DNA from: Ylistrum balloti
Taxonomy: Eukaryota
Direction of reading: 5' to 3'
DNA: 64,000 nt
Assembly: GCF_031769215.1 (NCBI RefSeq)
Contig: NW_026783133.1
Coordinates: 1-64,000 of the forward strand
Shown here piece after piece: positions 1-12,029 of the stretch. The translations under genes and the position numbers were made by a program. Below the pieces are notes generated by a model. That model did no database searches. It was not told where the DNA came from and saw nothing but the letters and a program-made list of their open reading frames with translations. The first letter of the stretch is position 1. Every line of letters starts with the position of its first letter.

Positions 1-1644
1 ATGATTTCATTTTGCAAAGACGATGTAACCCAGCGATGACCAGATTACATTGATATTTGCATGAAAATTGTGGAATTTGTTAATTTATCATAATTTTTTT
101 TTCGTCGGGGAGTGGATTCAGATTGTTGGATTTATTCTGTCTACTAATGACACAAAACTTAACCTTTCCATATAGGCTACACCTTCACACTTTTGAAAAA
201 ATCAGCAGCGATGTTATCTACACCCAATATGAATGGAACTCTTGGAACTCTAAAGTGCTTCTTGTACATGTGTCTATTACAACGGCCGTAGTAAGAAACT
301 CAGAAGATGTATTGGATCATAGAATTTTGCCGACATTCGTTTCAAAAAGCTATTGAGTGTTGTATGAATACCAGAGATATACTATACATACAAGTATACG
401 TAAAAAAAACCTGCATAAAGATACAGAGATGGGTTACTGGTCCTCGGATAGAAAATGACAGTACTGAGTAAACACATACATTGATGCGAAAGTATGGCAG
501 TGCCGACCAATGAGTAAATGTGCGAAACATTTGTTTGGACCAATAAACAACGTTTACACACAGCGGGGTTGTAGCTGTGGAAACAGGATGATTATCAATG
601 CAACTTAGTAAACCCACAGAATGAATGTCCGGTATTATTTCCTTAATGTTTTTGGTAAGGAATTCACCCATTATCACTTGATTTGCCTTCCTTCATATAA
701 GTTGGTACATATGGTCACGATTCCGAGACATATAGAGTTTTCATGTCTTTACACACTTTCCTCCATTATTTGAATTTGTGGTGATCACTGATAGTTTGTT
801 AGGCTCTAACTTCAAACTCATCATTAGTTTTCAAAACTTACAGAAACTTTCTACCATATTTGTTTTGGGTACATACGTACTCATTGCAAGATAGTTTGAC
901 ATGTCCCGTAATCAACATATATGCATGCAGTTTCCTAATGTATTCCTACCTGGTATTCGTGGGTTGTGATATCAATGTGCTTTTTTGGACCATATACTAG
1001 TATCATAATTACAGCTGCCTGTATTATATTTTCCATGTTAGTAGAATAATACTTGAAAGCATTCCATAATTTTGAAAAAGAAAAAAAATTCTGGTAAACC
1101 ATGTCGATTAAAAGCAATCAAGCGACTAATATTGTGAACAAGAAAAGCTAAGAATCATATCATCGTTTTCCTAAATGAACCGTGTTCATTCTTGTAATGA
1201 TGACCTTATAAATATTCAAAGTCGTCAAGTTTATCCAAAATCATGATATGTAGCATAGATTTCTTAGCTGAAGTGATCCAAATGACGTAAAGTCATTAAC
1301 GAAGACTTGTAAAAGAAATCCTCAGTAGTGTTTTTACATTTGACATTAATTCCCTTTTTATCAAAACGTGACATTATCATTGCATATTCCAACACTATGT
1401 AAAATAAAAAAAATTAAATTAGGGAAGAAACTTTACATAAAGGGAGAAATGATCTGTACTCGTAAGGATTATCCTGAATAATTCATAGTCTACACAACAG
1501 TGTGAAATGTACTCACATCATCTACCATCTATATATGAATATTATAGGGATATCTTAATAAACAAGATCGATGTGTGTTATGGAGGGAAAATATTGAATT
1601 GTTTTATATTATAGGTAATATATTATTGCTAACCTTTATTACAG

Positions 1645-1728
1645 TTTGGATGTTTGAGTCATGCAGCATCCGGCGGTCACATAGATATTGTTAGACTACT
1701 ACTGGACAGGGGAGCTGATCCAAATAAG
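1645..1728 (+). CDS. Ankyrin-repeat internal exon 1 (84 nt, phase 0): FGCLSHAASGGHIDIVRLLLDRGADPNK
   Basis: Branch point and acceptor gctaacctttattacag| and donor AAG|gtaagt bound an open 28-codon frame matching the ANK consensus L-x-x-A-A-x-x-G-H-x-D-I-V-x-L-L-L-x-x-G-A-D-x-N. The rest of track ORF 1654..2094 is intron read-through. Confidence 0.92.
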
Positions 1729-2409
1729 GTAAGTTTCCTTTTATTCATCTTCTTATACATGTTTTATTTATTTTTCTCAAGACATAAAATGAATTCTCTT
1801 GTTTTTCAATATCTTTTTGTTTGTAAATACATAAACTTCCGTCCCATGTCTTCAATCTCTACATTTTGCCTGCTACATGCTAATAGATTAGTAACTCGAT
1901 TGAGTATGGTTGGTGCTTATTGTTGTTTTCATGCAAAAAAGATACAGGCACTTCCAAACATAACTAAATTAAGTCATCGTTTAACATCATGTAGTCAGAT
2001 TTATTATCTTCAATCTATTCCATTACTGGAGAAATTTGTAAGCAGGTGTAAGATTGGTTTTGTAATCAATGTTATAGTTAGCATAAGTCTCTAATGATAA
2101 AGCTTAACAACTGTCATCGTTGTTGTCGTCGATACATTCATGATAAAAAAAATCATCATACACATACACAGCATACATATGTATTATTATTTTGAAAACA
2201 CATAGACCACTGGCACCACGACAGTATGCCGGTCTTTCACCTGACATGTTAAACTATTTAGATTTCCGGGTTTAGTTTATATAATTTAATGTTGTTAGTC
2301 AGAGTCTACGTTATGTTCATGTTGCTTTCTTTGTAGAGGTACCACACTGAAGTATCAGCATCTCATGAAACCACGTTCTCTCTCTTTCTCTGTATGCGTA
2401 TGTCTGTTG

Positions 2410-2413
<4 letters not shown>

Positions 2414-2467
<54 letters not shown>
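2414..2467. repeat. (GT)27 microsatellite
   Basis: Directly visible. Confidence 0.99.
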
Positions 2468-2469
<2 letters not shown>

Positions 2470-5400
2470 CTTTATTTACGAATGTGTTTATATAGGTATG
2501 AGTGTTTAGTGTGTCTGTGTGTGTGTAAAACCATCTCCAAAAATATAGCGATAATGTCGATGACCGATGATGATGAGGTGGATAATATTGATAGTGGTGG
2601 TCGTTAGGACGACAGTGAGTGAATGTAAGCGAACTTGTGGTATGTTTATATGTATGTGTGGAAAAATAAAAGAAATAAAAAAACATGCAACTGCAGGTCA
2701 GTGTCAACAGAGATATATGGAAAAATATGTTTTGATGAAGTACAAGATTAAACCTTAAGGAAAGTCCTCGATTACGCACATGCAACAGAGAAATGTAATT
2801 GTCCTCAAGTTTTTAATTTCTCAAAACATATCAATAAAATAAAAAATTCAACACTGAGAGATTAAAGTTTGGTTTTACAAGTTAGCAGAGTAAATCATGA
2901 CATTTGCAGATATATATATACTTTTTAACATTGTCCCTGTTTGTTTCATATGTGATTATTCATGAACAGCATTGGATATTATAACAAATCATTGTTAATA
3001 TTAATATTTTGTGTTAAGATACAGTAAAATGATGACCAAACTGAAACACTGTTTACGAGTTACATAATTTGTTAACAATGCGGAATTCCTACAAATCCAT
3101 TACGTTTCTTAGATCATAGCAGCATATCTTGGAATCTCTACTATTTTACGAAAAATACGAGAATCAATATATCTTGCTGATAGGTCCCTAGGAATCAGCA
3201 CGGCATGGTCGATAATTATGTACATGAGGTCTTATTTGTATAATCAGTCTAACAATATCTTCTGATTATTCAAAATGTGTATAGTTATGATATTTAAGGG
3301 AATTTGTTCCACAGATGAGATGAAGACTGATACATTTAGTGATAATTAATCTAAAATAACGGCCATCTGGGGACAGAGAGATTAAAGCGTTTAAACTACT
3401 GCTATACTTGTTTCTAATTATTCAAATCTTAAAAATCGGTAAGAGATAGTTTACATCATATTTAGCATGATGTAGGCGCGTTTCCTTATTTTAATGGATG
3501 AAATATTTCAGAACTTTCCTGTCATTATTTTTTCCTTATTTTAAGGTTTTGTTGAATATTTGTCTTTAGCTTTGGATGGCATTTCCAAAATATCCTTTAA
3601 CACTTTTGATAGGTGTGGTTTTAAGCATATGTCAGTTACTTATATTTCGTTTGATGACAAATGATTTCTAGAATGTTAATATTTCACTAGTATAACATAT
3701 AGATACTATTTCTCAGGTTGGAAAATATAGATTGTCTTGACCAACAAAAGAGGTCACAGAACTAAACTATGGTAAGACCCTTTAAATGGCCTTTAACCCA
3801 TAACCAACATACACAGGGTGACGAATGCCGACAGACGAATTACCTTCCACCATGAATACGTTATAAAAATGTACTCAGTAAAATTCTGGTTTTCAGAAAT
3901 GGTCAAAATTGTAATAGGAATCCCTATGAGCCTTATCTAAATTTATTTTTTCAAGGTGGAAAGGGTAGATATTTTACAATAAAGAATTTTTGTATTTCAT
4001 TTCACAGGGCTAAGTTTGTTAAGACTTATCAAATGCATCCTTTTAATGACCAACATGATGGCTATATTTGGCATGTCGTATACAGATACAATTGCGACGT
4101 TTGGTTTTAAATTAAAAATCATTTAACATCCTATTAACACATATCGTGATAAATGGACTACCTCCGCATGCATGCAATATAAGTGCGTGCGTTGAATCCT
4201 GCTTGAAAGAGGCTGCGGTATGTTCGTGAACGTTTTTCTATGGTAGCGTCGAACTGAAACCTACTTAATAATGGTAGCACACAGATGAACTTCCGACGAA
4301 TCCTATAAGGACCCTTCAATATGTCATAATACTACACTATCAAAAGGCGAGCCAGTCTTTAGAGTACCAACATACTTAGCATTATGCAACGGGATATTAA
4401 TTACAACGATGTGCAATGTTATTTCTTGGTCAGAGGATAAATCCAAAAGTCTTCCTGATACACCACATTTCATGTCTTAATACACCTCGTTTGCATTTGA
4501 GGAGGTGACGTTACTTTCATAGATAGACTTATATTAAGATGACCTGTGTTGTTGATGCAGTATTCCAAAATTCTATAGGTAGTTACAATGAAATGTCCAT
4601 CAATAATGTTCTACCATACTTGATCCATAACCCTTTTTGTGGTGATCAGATGAAAAGGGAATGTGAATATGGAGTTGCAAAGCTGCTAATTGTACTCTAT
4701 CTATGAATATTTCCATGTTGTATATTGGGTGAATAAACCTATACCCGACAATAAGATTAACAAGCATGAGAGCACCGGCCTCCTACATGATTAAATTGCA
4801 TGCTACGTTAACATAGTGTTATTATATCAATTGTCAGTGAATGATCAATTACCATTGTTGCATTTAAAACAGATGTCTCCTTTTTGTCATCGACTGCTCA
4901 ATTTTCTTTAGTAGAAGTACTGATATAAAACCTAACAACGCATTAATAAGTAATTTGCAATCATTGCGTAAGACTGATCATGTTATTTATGTTATAGTTA
5001 GCTTAATTCTCCAATTGCCATACAACAGCTTCATGATGAAACGCTTCAACATACAAAATACATATCAATATATGTTTATTGTTTGATAAACAATTTACAT
5101 CACAACGGTATGCAGTTCTCTCACACATGTTATAATTGAAATTGCACGGATTGTTTTTTTATGTTTTAATGCTGCTTGAAAAAAGCTGTGATATATTCAA
5201 GAACCATCCTTTGTAGTGGTACCACACTGAATTCTACTACCTAAATTCCCTAGTTGGCCACCCTATCTTATCACAATATTTCGATAACGACTGAATCTCA
5301 AAATAAAGCTAAAACAATGCCAGTGTAAAGGTACACATATAGAAAAGCTTATGTTAATAGAAGTAAACAGATTAAACCTTAAATGACTTCATCGACTAAG

Positions 5401-8400
5401 CATAAGCACATGCAATAGGGATAGTAATGTTCCAGATTTCTTATTTTCTGGAAATAATAACCTTCATGAGCATACCTCCGTTGGTTTTGTTAAAACGTTC
5501 AACACTTATAGGTCCATGATTGAGATGTAATTGTAAAAAAATGCTTGATTATGTTTCATGGTAAGCCATTTGGTTCATTTTGAAACCTAAACATGTCAAT
5601 GATTTATCTAACTGAAAAAAAAAAAAAAAATCTCTCAAGTGGCCATAGTTAAGATCTAGATGTTAAACCTGGTGTGGCCGTTACAGCTTACATACTCATA
5701 TTCGATGTTGTTCCATGTACACAAGTTTCGTTATCATAAAATTTACAGATATCCATTCACTTCCTTAACGGTGTCCCTGTTAATATCATATCATATTGGG
5801 TTGTTCAACAATGGAAGGTAATATCATAAAGAATACTGTCATCGTTACTATCAAAGTTTTGTGTTCGGATAATACTATAGTATCACAGCGAGAAGATGAC
5901 CAAACAGGAACACTGTTTAAAACTTATTACAATATGTTTACAATGTTGAATTATTACTAATCAAACACTTTTCTTGGATCACAAAAAAGCCAAAGTCGTG
6001 GAATTTGGGGGAAAATGCAACTGTGTAACCAAAAGGCCTAGTATCGTGATATTTGACTGATAGATTCTAGAATTCAGCAGGACGTGTTAAATATTCAAGT
6101 ACACACTAGTCTTATTTTTATTATTACAACAGTTTCTGGTTATTCAAAAAGTGGTATAATCATTATATATAGCAGTTTGATTCATTGGATGACATGAAGG
6201 CTGACACATTTTGCAGTTATTGTATCTTACCTACATTTACTGTCAAACGGGGTCAAATAAGTTAATGGCGTCAAACGATTTCTAATTCACAAAGATTTTG
6301 ACGGTCAATGATATAAAATATAAACATGGAAATCATTGAACACCAGTATAATCGCAAAATGTTTCAAGTTCCTTCGTTCTCTAGGAATAAATATTTGGAC
6401 ATAGGTACCTGGTGTTGGTTTGTAGAAAGTGTCTTTCAAATACATATCCCCGAATCTACACTGGCAAAATGAACAAAGATTACAAAGCGCATTATTTTCT
6501 TTGATACTATATTAGTTATAAGTACACGGTTGATATATTTACATTTGTATAGAGTAAATTATGAATACGATACAATGAATCATTGTTTCATGGTCATGTC
6601 ACTTTTCATCACTGGATTTGTAGAGCTATGCTTGTCCGTCTGCTCTGTTTTTACCTAACCAAATCCAATCTTGTGAACATCGCTGCAGAGCTTTATATTC
6701 ACCTATAAGTGTCAAAACATCCAGTTTAATCCAGATTCTGCCTTGCAGCAGTAAAAATATATAAGTGAGCTGATGGTGTAGGGCATCGTCCTAACCTCCG
6801 TCTGATATTTTGAACTTACGACTTATATAATCTATGAGACAAAAGTCACGATATATGGATGGTCGCTTTCTGGAATGCAATTGCGTATACTGAGGTGTGC
6901 AATAATGATGAAAATGATAATGGTTTCTCTGATTAAACGAAAGACAATAAATAATAATATTTGACTGACAAGTTTAAAGACAAGCAAAATGTAGAACGTT
7001 ACAAGCGATTTATTCGTATTCATCATGGTGTTTTGATGTATACTTCATTAGATAAAGTCCGACAAGAAATTGCTTACATCCATACAGTTGGCAACTAGGT
7101 TTATTAGGTATAAAAACAATAACGAAACTTATTAAATCATGACTCTAGTCCTCCCCGTATTTATATTATGACATTTCTATACATCACTTAGGATTTTTCT
7201 CAGTTGCTTTCTAGGCTTTCATATTTAGACCCATAGCATCACTTACGTTGTCAGAAGGTGCAGTTTAGTTGATCGTTTGGCAAAACTTTGTCCTACTCTA
7301 AAATTGCTGAGCATTAGAAAGGTATGTATTGTATTCTAATTGATCAAAATGTTTCTTATGATTATTAGCTAGACATTTCGAACATTTTAATACACAATAT
7401 CTGCAAGGTTCAAGGTAACAGGTCAGCTATTTTTAATCATTGTGTGTTTAATAATTCTCATTCAAGACGCCAATGTACATTATGCATGTTGTCGGTCATC
7501 GTAACATACCTCAACCTATCTCTCTTGGTACTATGCTTTGTCAAGCCATTTATTTACTTATCTATTTGTTTATCTTTAAATGATATTCTTTATCCATACA
7601 ACTGATCCAACATCTATGTATGTCTTGTTTCCGTTAGTTTTAGTCTACAGTACATACGTTTTAAGAGTTTCCGGACGTAGTGTAAACGTTGATTCCTAGT
7701 TTAAGTTAGCAATATTAATTTTCCCTTAAAACTCTGTTGTCAGATATCTGCTTTTATATTTTTCATCTCAGTCTCTGATGCTGATAACCAATTAATTAAT
7801 TACCCAAATCAGCTGAGATTGGACAGATATTTCTATCTCGCAAATAATTTTTTTTTTAGATTTTATTAAAAATGTGTTTTCTAAAATTCAGTCGGCTCTG
7901 TGTATCCCTTATTCTTAACTTAAATACAGTAACTAACGTAATGTGGTATAGATGTATGTGTATCTGATGATATATTGAAATAAATTGCCTATTTCATTTG
8001 AGGATCAATTGTCCCCTGTCTCTTTCTCAGCCTCTTCAAAACTTGAAACAGTTATGTTGGTTGTTTGGTAACAGTTTTCTCGTTGCCCTGTGTTTTAAGA
8101 ATACACATAGGATATTATTCCATATTCCCGAAACTTCTGGATAAGCAGTTTCTTCTTTGAAAGACACAGATGTATCTTTATCGTGAGAGCGTAGGCAACA
8201 GCGTTTCAACTCCCTTTCCTTGGACTAATGTTAATATGTAGTGGTTATATAAGTTAGACATTTCTGGTTGTACCATCTCGAAGCATTTCTAGACATTCGA
8301 CTGAATTACTTAACCACTTATATTAATTGCGTTCTGGTAATTCAGTCCACACGTACCGCATATATCTACACACTATTATGACTTTGTTAAGTAACTATAC

Positions 8401-10551
8401 ATGTTGATCTTCATGCTGTCCTGTGATAGAGCTTATAACTGTACTCAGGTAAAAATTGACTATTTCGCCATTGACCAACAGAGCAATTAACTAATCGGTG
8501 TCGCTGCAATTGTAGGTCATGAATCATCTTCTCTAGCTCGTGTATTCACACTGTTTGTAATGAACATCTCTTATACCTGAGCCAATTCTAAAAACGATAC
8601 AATCAAAATTAATCACATTGGTTTTTAATTTCATAAGCATCAAGATATTGTTTGTTGATTTATTGAAAACATCCGGATAAATGTATCTAAAGAAATTATT
8701 GATTAGGAATCGAGGCTCATGGACTTTGCTTACAGTTGTATGATACATTGAAATTTCTTTAAAACTCAGGCAGGAGTTGAAAGTTCTGCTGATTACATAT
8801 CATTATGAGATTCCTTTTTCATGGAGCCTGACTTTGTCAGGTTAAATGACAGCCGCGATGGTTTTCTCGCTAAACGTTATAGAAGTCAACATGTACATTG
8901 TCTATATAATTATATAATTAGCCTTTGCCAAGAGTGTCATCTTATCAATAGTTTCCAGATGTACAATAATTAAATAGTTATTTCTAAATATAACGTTTTG
9001 GTGATAACATTTATTTTTATAAGAAATTCATTCACTCGAGTTTATCTTGGATTAATTAAAATGAATGGTAACTTTTTTTTCTCTAATCATGATGTTCCTA
9101 ACACTTTATATATGAATTGATACAAGGTCATTGCATATTATGCCGGGAAATAGTTAAGATATTTCACAAGTAATACAATAGGTAAATGCCGGAGCCAACT
9201 ATTGCAAAACAAAAAAAAATCTATCTTTTCAACTCTACTAAACTGCAGCAAGATTTAGGACCATGCTATTTATGTTAAATCCCAAAGAATACCTGCTCGT
9301 TCATGGCAATACTGAATACTGATATGAATATAAATTGCCACGAAGGTGGGGTTCCAAACCATAGTAAATCGAATTATCAAACTGGATATAACGCTATTGC
9401 ATAAAACTAAGGCAGTGACTAGATTAATATGTGAAGCTAAACAATAATCAGAAATCTGTAGCTGAATATAATTCAGCAGTGTTCTTCGAAATCGCAAAGC
9501 CATTTATCTTCTCATTTGAAAAACAATATCCAGAAATATTAAACCAACATTGTCCACATGTACTTTATACAAGGTTCCTTCAGAATGTCAATCATTTAAA
9601 GTTTTGTTACACAAATTCAGTGACAAATGTGAACATGTATAGACAACTTGAAATATATCAACCTGTTGCATGACATTAAAATAATATATAATAGTCTTGA
9701 GACCTATAATCCCTAAGACAAAAATCGTATCCTGTTAATAGGAGTCAAATACTAAAAGCGATGTCATTCACATATATATGTATATTTGGTAGTTATCATT
9801 ATGAGACCTATAATCCCAATGATGCTTACCAAGAGAAATAATTTCCTCAAAAACCAACCATCAAATGATGACCAAATTAAAGCGGGAACAAGTTTTTAAA
9901 GTTATCAAAAATGTAAGTAAAACAATCATCCATGGAATGACTAGAACTAATTCCAATAAACGTTTAGGAGGCAGGTGGGGAGGTGGTGGAATTTAGGCGA
10001 GCTACCTTTACCTGGCAAATCCTCACTGGAACGGAAACTGGTTAATGCAGCAAGGGAAGATTACTCTATGCAGTCAGGGGGCATTACTCTTATCACTAAT
10101 ACACTTGAGGTTGCATTCCACCATCTCACCATTCCCCATAACGAAACCACTTAATAATGGTTTTCCATAAATAATTTTACACTATAAAAATGTTACTTAC
10201 GTTAAATCCCAAAGAATACCTGCTCTCTCGTGGCAATACTGAATAAAAACAATAACCCCGAATTGTGTGTAAATGTCGTTTATTAAATATAAACGACTTC
10301 AGGTAATACAACAATATGTAAACCCAGAGACCAATAACCCCATAGGTCTATACAACATTAGAGACATACATTAAGTAGACCCAGAGGCCAATAACCCCAT
10401 AGGTCTATATAACATTAGACATTTTAGGTCAGACATGATGATATGAATATAAATTGCCAAGGAGGTGGGAATGTGCCCCCCACCCAGGTATTTGGGACTT
10501 AAGAAATAGTACCGTTAAAAATAATCAGATGACAAAAAGCAAACAAGGCAC

Positions 10552-10848
10552 TCAGACCTGATGTCCTGTCAAGGTGGGCAAACAAAGATATCTCCGAAAA
10601 GCATTTGATTTCCACCTGCCCATCCGTTGTATTGTATTATCCGGAATACCTGACATGTGTGCAAATGATGCAGCACCGATATGAAAACTATGACTCTTGT
10701 ATTTGTGAGGGTCTAAGTTTGAAGCAATCAAATTTCTGTTAAGTTGTGTTGAAAAATAAGCCCTAGAGATAGGTTGACAATTAGGAAAACAAAATAAGGG
10801 TCCATCTGCTGCACCACGGACTTTTACATAATCTAGCATGGCCTGTAC
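10552..10848 (-). pseudogene. Tyrosine recombinase C-terminal fragment
   Basis: VQAMLDYVKVRGAADGPLF...HSFHIGAAS...IQRMGRWKSNAFRRY. The H-x-x-R box reads HSFH (Arg replaced by His), the GRW and catalytic-Tyr region are present, and the N-terminal half is missing. Confidence 0.88.
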
Positions 10849-10888
10849 TTAAATGATTTATCGTGAAGAAAATATCAATTCTACCCCC

Positions 10889-11311
10889 TTAGCTTTGTAA
10901 ATCCAGAACCGTTGGTCTCTGCTCAAAAACCAGTGACCCCAAGTCGACAAACTTGTTAGCCCAGATTTGGGATTTCCCCTTAGCATCTACATCGCTGTCT
11001 ATTGGCCATGATGTAGTACCGCTACCTGATAATTCTGAGTTCTGTCCTAACGGACGCACTAACTCTGCCATTGTAAGATCCACACTAGGAGGGTCATCAT
11101 GGTGGTTTTCCACAGGGTCATGGGCGGTAGATTCCATTGTATTACTGGCTGTCGCCTTTTCTGAATTATTGCTGGGTTTCATAAGCTCAAATAGCTTAAC
11201 CGCTATGTCATTAGCTAGGGAGTCTCGTTTACTTGGCTGTGGTACCTCCTTCGGCTGGGTCCGTTTTTTTGGCAACCAGTTTGGTTCGGTCGATTTCCTT
11301 TTCCTTGGCAT
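10889..11311 (-). pseudogene. Truncated gag-like ORF1 of the DIRS/Ngaro element
   Basis: Basic MPRKRK start, a low-complexity linker, then PIDSDVDAKGKSQIWANKFVDLGSLV, which resembles DIRS-order ORF1 as I recall the family. It ends at the internal deletion. Confidence 0.6.
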
Positions 11312-11360
11312 GTTGATTTGGTGAAATATTCAAAGATAATAATTATGCCACGGGTGATTA

Positions 11361-11868
11361 ACACTATGACAACCACTGATGTCAAATACATAATCAGATA
11401 TAGAAACAACCACTGTTGTCTATAGCAATATGACAACCACTGTTGTCAAATACATAATAAGATATACAAACAACCACTGTTGCCAATTATATATAATCAG
11501 ATACACTTGTTGTCAAATACAAAATTAGATATACCGACAACCTCTGTTGTCTATAACAATATGACAACCAATGTTGTGAAATACATAATCATATATACAA
11601 AGAACCACTATTGTCTGCAGCACTATGACAACCACTGTTGTCAAATATATAATCATATATACAAACAACCACTATTGTCTGCAGCACTATGACAACCAAT
11701 GTTGTCAAAGTACATAATCAGTTGTACAGGCAGCCACTGTTGTCAATTATATTATCCAACATACAAACAACCACTGCTGTCTGTAACGATATGACAACCA
11801 TAGTTGTTGTCACATATATGTGATCAGATAACTTTTGTTGCTGAATGCTATGACAACTACTCTTGGCA
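11361..11868. repeat. ~64-bp minisatellite with palindromic core GACAAC-CACT-GTTGTC
   Basis: Cores alternate with ~22-nt and 11-nt AT-rich linkers that resemble each other. About 8 higher-order units. Confidence 0.95.
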
Positions 11869-12029
11869 CCTGAACAGATTCGTCATTTTGATTGCACCAT
11901 AATGAAACGCTACCCCGAAAATTTCAGTTTATATACTTGATATATAAAGAAAAACACTGCTGCAATTGATCTAAGTATAGTTAAATCAGCCATACCAGAC
12001 TTGCATTGACCTATATGCATTTGCGTCAT

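Larger units (their letters stand above)
1..11882 (+). repeat. Large duplication, copy 1, near-identical block
   Basis: Collinear with 32696-44426 (offset 32695 falling to ~32290). Most lines are identical by eye. Copy 2 lacks ~7520-7863. Confidence 0.97.
9274..11882 (-). mobile_element. Internally deleted DIRS-order (Ngaro-like) tyrosine-recombinase retroelement, copy 1
   Basis: A gag-like ORF is followed directly by a YR C-terminus, with no RT/RNase H. Direct repeats lie downstream (9274-9350 vs 10201-10245 plus 10439-10469). Both ends are approximate. Confidence 0.72.

Noticed and set aside
176-290. Possible exon beginning ATPSH (TPLH-like)
   Set aside because: A stop follows after 6 codons (an earlier stop in the paralog), and no ANK pattern follows in any frame.
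1729-2094. Extension of the ankyrin ORF to 146 aa (also 34422-34775)
   Set aside because: It lies after a perfect donor, has no ANK similarity and has intron-like composition.
2363-2785. ORFs with HT or CV dipeptide runs (also 14857, 35045)
   Set aside because: These are translations of GT microsatellites.
3247-3260. Reverse-complement 14-mer identical to exon 1 (gatattgttagact; reads DIVRLII)
   Set aside because: There is an in-frame stop nearby, no splice sites, and the reading is not kept in paralogous modules. Such a match is plausible by chance in AT-rich DNA.
10953-11324. 123-aa plus-strand ORF
   Set aside because: It is the antisense shadow of the gag-like ORF.
11361-11868. CRISPR-like array of palindromic repeats
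   Set aside because: The spacers are homologous to each other and alternate between two fixed lengths. The context is eukaryotic with no cas genes. It is a minisatellite.
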